From a virus (lineage: Duplodnaviria; Caudoviricetes): a stretch of 54,857 nucleotides of DNA. The first letter of the stretch is position 1, and each line of letters starts with the position of its first letter. The stretch spans positions 1 through 54,857 of IMG/VR virus record IMGVR_UViG_3300020042_004711, one strand, 5' to 3'. Below are positions 53,441-54,857 of the stretch, piece by piece. Below the pieces are notes generated by a model that made no database searches, had not been told where the DNA came from, and saw only the letters and a list, made by a program, of their open reading frames with translations. The translations under genes were made by a program, and so were the position numbers.

Positions 53441-53701
53441 ATGCGTTGGCTCATAATGTTATTGTTAGTGTTGGGGCTAGTGGGAGCCACGGCCAAGAGC
53501 GGATGCCACGTGCGCGAGTTCCATGGGATTGCTTACACAGTTCACAACCCAACCGAGCGGCACAGAGAGATGGTAGCGTGGCTAGACAAAAATGCGCTCT
53601 ACTGCAAGTCAACGGATTACACGGTGATCTGGAACAACCTAGCAGAGTGGGCGGGGACGGCAGACTCAACATGGCTTAGAGCAAAGATAGTTCATGGCTA
53701 G
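53441..53701 (+). CDS. Secreted/membrane hypothetical protein (possibly premature TAG)
   Basis: N-terminal signal-like segment; the frame continues past TAG to a TGA at 53731. Confidence 0.55.
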   Translation: MRWLIMLLLVLGLVGATAKSGCHVREFHGIAYTVHNPTERHREMVAWLDKNALYCKSTDYTVIWNNLAEWAGTADSTWLRAKIVHG

Positions 53702-53727
53702 AAGGACGCACTTGAACGGGAAAAGAA

Positions 53728-54009
53728 ATGACCAGAAAGCCGATACCCAGACCAGTGAAGAAAGTGTCAATGGACACCAAGGACAAGCTGACTCTGTGGG
53801 TCACGCTAATGGTCAGCTTCACCCTGTGCATCTCTGTTTTGGCTATGGTCGTCAGCTTTATGCTTGGCCTTTGGGCCAAAGAGGTGGACAACGCAGAGAT
53901 ATTCAAAATGATTTCACCCGCTTTTTCTACTCTTATCGGCGGCATGATTGGGTTCCTGAGTGGTATCAAACTCATGCAGAATGACGACAAATCTAAATGT
54001 AAGGACTAA
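53728..54009 (+). CDS. Two-TM membrane protein (lysis region)
   Basis: Two hydrophobic helices; PAFSTLIGGMIGFLSGIKL. Confidence 0.65.
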   Translation: MTRKPIPRPVKKVSMDTKDKLTLWVTLMVSFTLCISVLAMVVSFMLGLWAKEVDNAEIFKMISPAFSTLIGGMIGFLSGIKLMQNDDKSKCKD

Positions 54010-54011
54010 GT

Positions 54012-54503
54012 ATGTTTGAAGTATTTGGTGGAATATTGGGTGGGGCGTTAGGCGGTATTTTTCGCTTGGCTCCAGAGGTTCTCAAGTTCTTTGACAAGAA
54101 GAACGAAAGGTCACATGAGATGCTTATGTTTGCCCGTCAGTGTGAACTGGAGCAAATCAGAGGTCAGATGAAGCTGGCTGAGATTGGGGCACAACGAGAG
54201 GCGGCTGTAGACGTAGGGGTCATGGATGCGTTTAAGTCTGCAATAGAGCAACAAGCCACAATGGTCAAAGCCGCTGGTGGTTGGGCGGCTAGTCTATCTG
54301 CATCAGTCCGACCTGTGGTGACATATTGGATACTTCTGGTTTGGTCGGGCGTTCACTTATGGTTTGGCTGGAACTCATACCTTGCAGGAGCGCCCCCAAT
54401 GGAGGTCTTCAAGATGATGATTTCCCCCGACTTCTCGGCACTTTTGGCTGGAACAATTAACTATTGGTTCCTTGATAGAACTTTAAAACAGCGCGGGTTA
54501 TGA
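54012..54503 (+). CDS. Putative holin-like membrane protein
   Basis: SVRPVVTY plus TM helices and YWFLDR; ATGA-coupled to the endolysin gene. Confidence 0.55.
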   Translation: MFEVFGGILGGALGGIFRLAPEVLKFFDKKNERSHEMLMFARQCELEQIRGQMKLAEIGAQREAAVDVGVMDAFKSAIEQQATMVKAAGGWAASLSASVRPVVTYWILLVWSGVHLWFGWNSYLAGAPPMEVFKMMISPDFSALLAGTINYWFLDRTLKQRGL

Positions 54504-54857
54504 ACCTAGAACTAGCCGCCTCTCTGTGTCGTCAATTCGAGGGCTATCGGGCTAGACCATACCTATGCCCAGCTAACGTCGCCACCATAGGGTACGGGTC
54601 TACCTACTACGCTGATGGGCGTAAGGTAACCCTTGAGGACGCTCCGATGGACGAGCCAACGGCTAGGGCGCTGTTGATGTTTGAGTTGGAGCATACCTAT
54701 CTGCCGGGCGTCCTTCGCCACTGCCCTATCCTTGCGACTGATGAGCGCAAGTGCAACGGAGCCGTGGATTTTGTTTACAACCTTGGCGTTGGGCGACTTC
54801 AAACCTCCACTTTAAAGCGAAAAATCAATGCCCAAGATTGGGAAGGAGCCAAGGAGC
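54500..54857 (+). CDS. Endolysin, GH24 lysozyme (3'-truncated by the window edge)
   Basis: FEGYRARPYLCPANVATIGYG (E-x8-C-x5-T catalytic triad); DFVYNLGVG...STL. Confidence 0.9.
   Translation, partial: MNLELAASLCRQFEGYRARPYLCPANVATIGYGSTYYADGRKVTLEDAPMDEPTARALLMFELEHTYLPGVLRHCPILATDERKCNGAVDFVYNLGVGRLQTSTLKRKINAQDWEGAKE

Noticed and set aside
53699-53701. Genome-wide TAG recoding
   Set aside because: Long genes are intact under code 11, ORF 17058-17261 ends plausibly in TAG, and no suppressor tRNA was seen

Overview
This window is most of a tailed dsDNA phage genome (Caudoviricetes, probably podovirus-like), circularly permuted. It starts inside the internal-virion genes and ends inside the endolysin gene. 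Layout: (1) 1-9.4 kb, + strand, virion/ejection proteins including a 2806-aa polyvalent-type protein; (2) 9.5-21.0 kb, - strand, replication module (primase-helicase, putative SSB, SNF2 helicase, HNH, PD-(D/E)XK exonuclease, family A DNA polymerase, VRR-NUC nuclease); (3) 21.0-31.1 kb, - strand, presumed early module (AAA+ ATPase, metallopeptidase-vWA protein, many small unknown ORFs, an origin-like AT-rich segment); (4) 31.5-54.9 kb, + strand, late module (terminase, portal, tandem 2OG-Fe(II) oxygenase, GroES-like protein, scaffold, capsid, small basic motif-sharing proteins, tail/fibre genes, lysis). The most striking feature not explained by the gene calls is a 29-bp palindrome, GGA-N3-ATCGACA-N3-TGTCGAT-N3-TCC. 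Ten copies are spaced about every 0.3-1.9 kb across the early module, and I found none elsewhere by eye. All product calls come from motif recognition and gene order, not database searches. No integrase, tRNA, rRNA or CRISPR array was seen.
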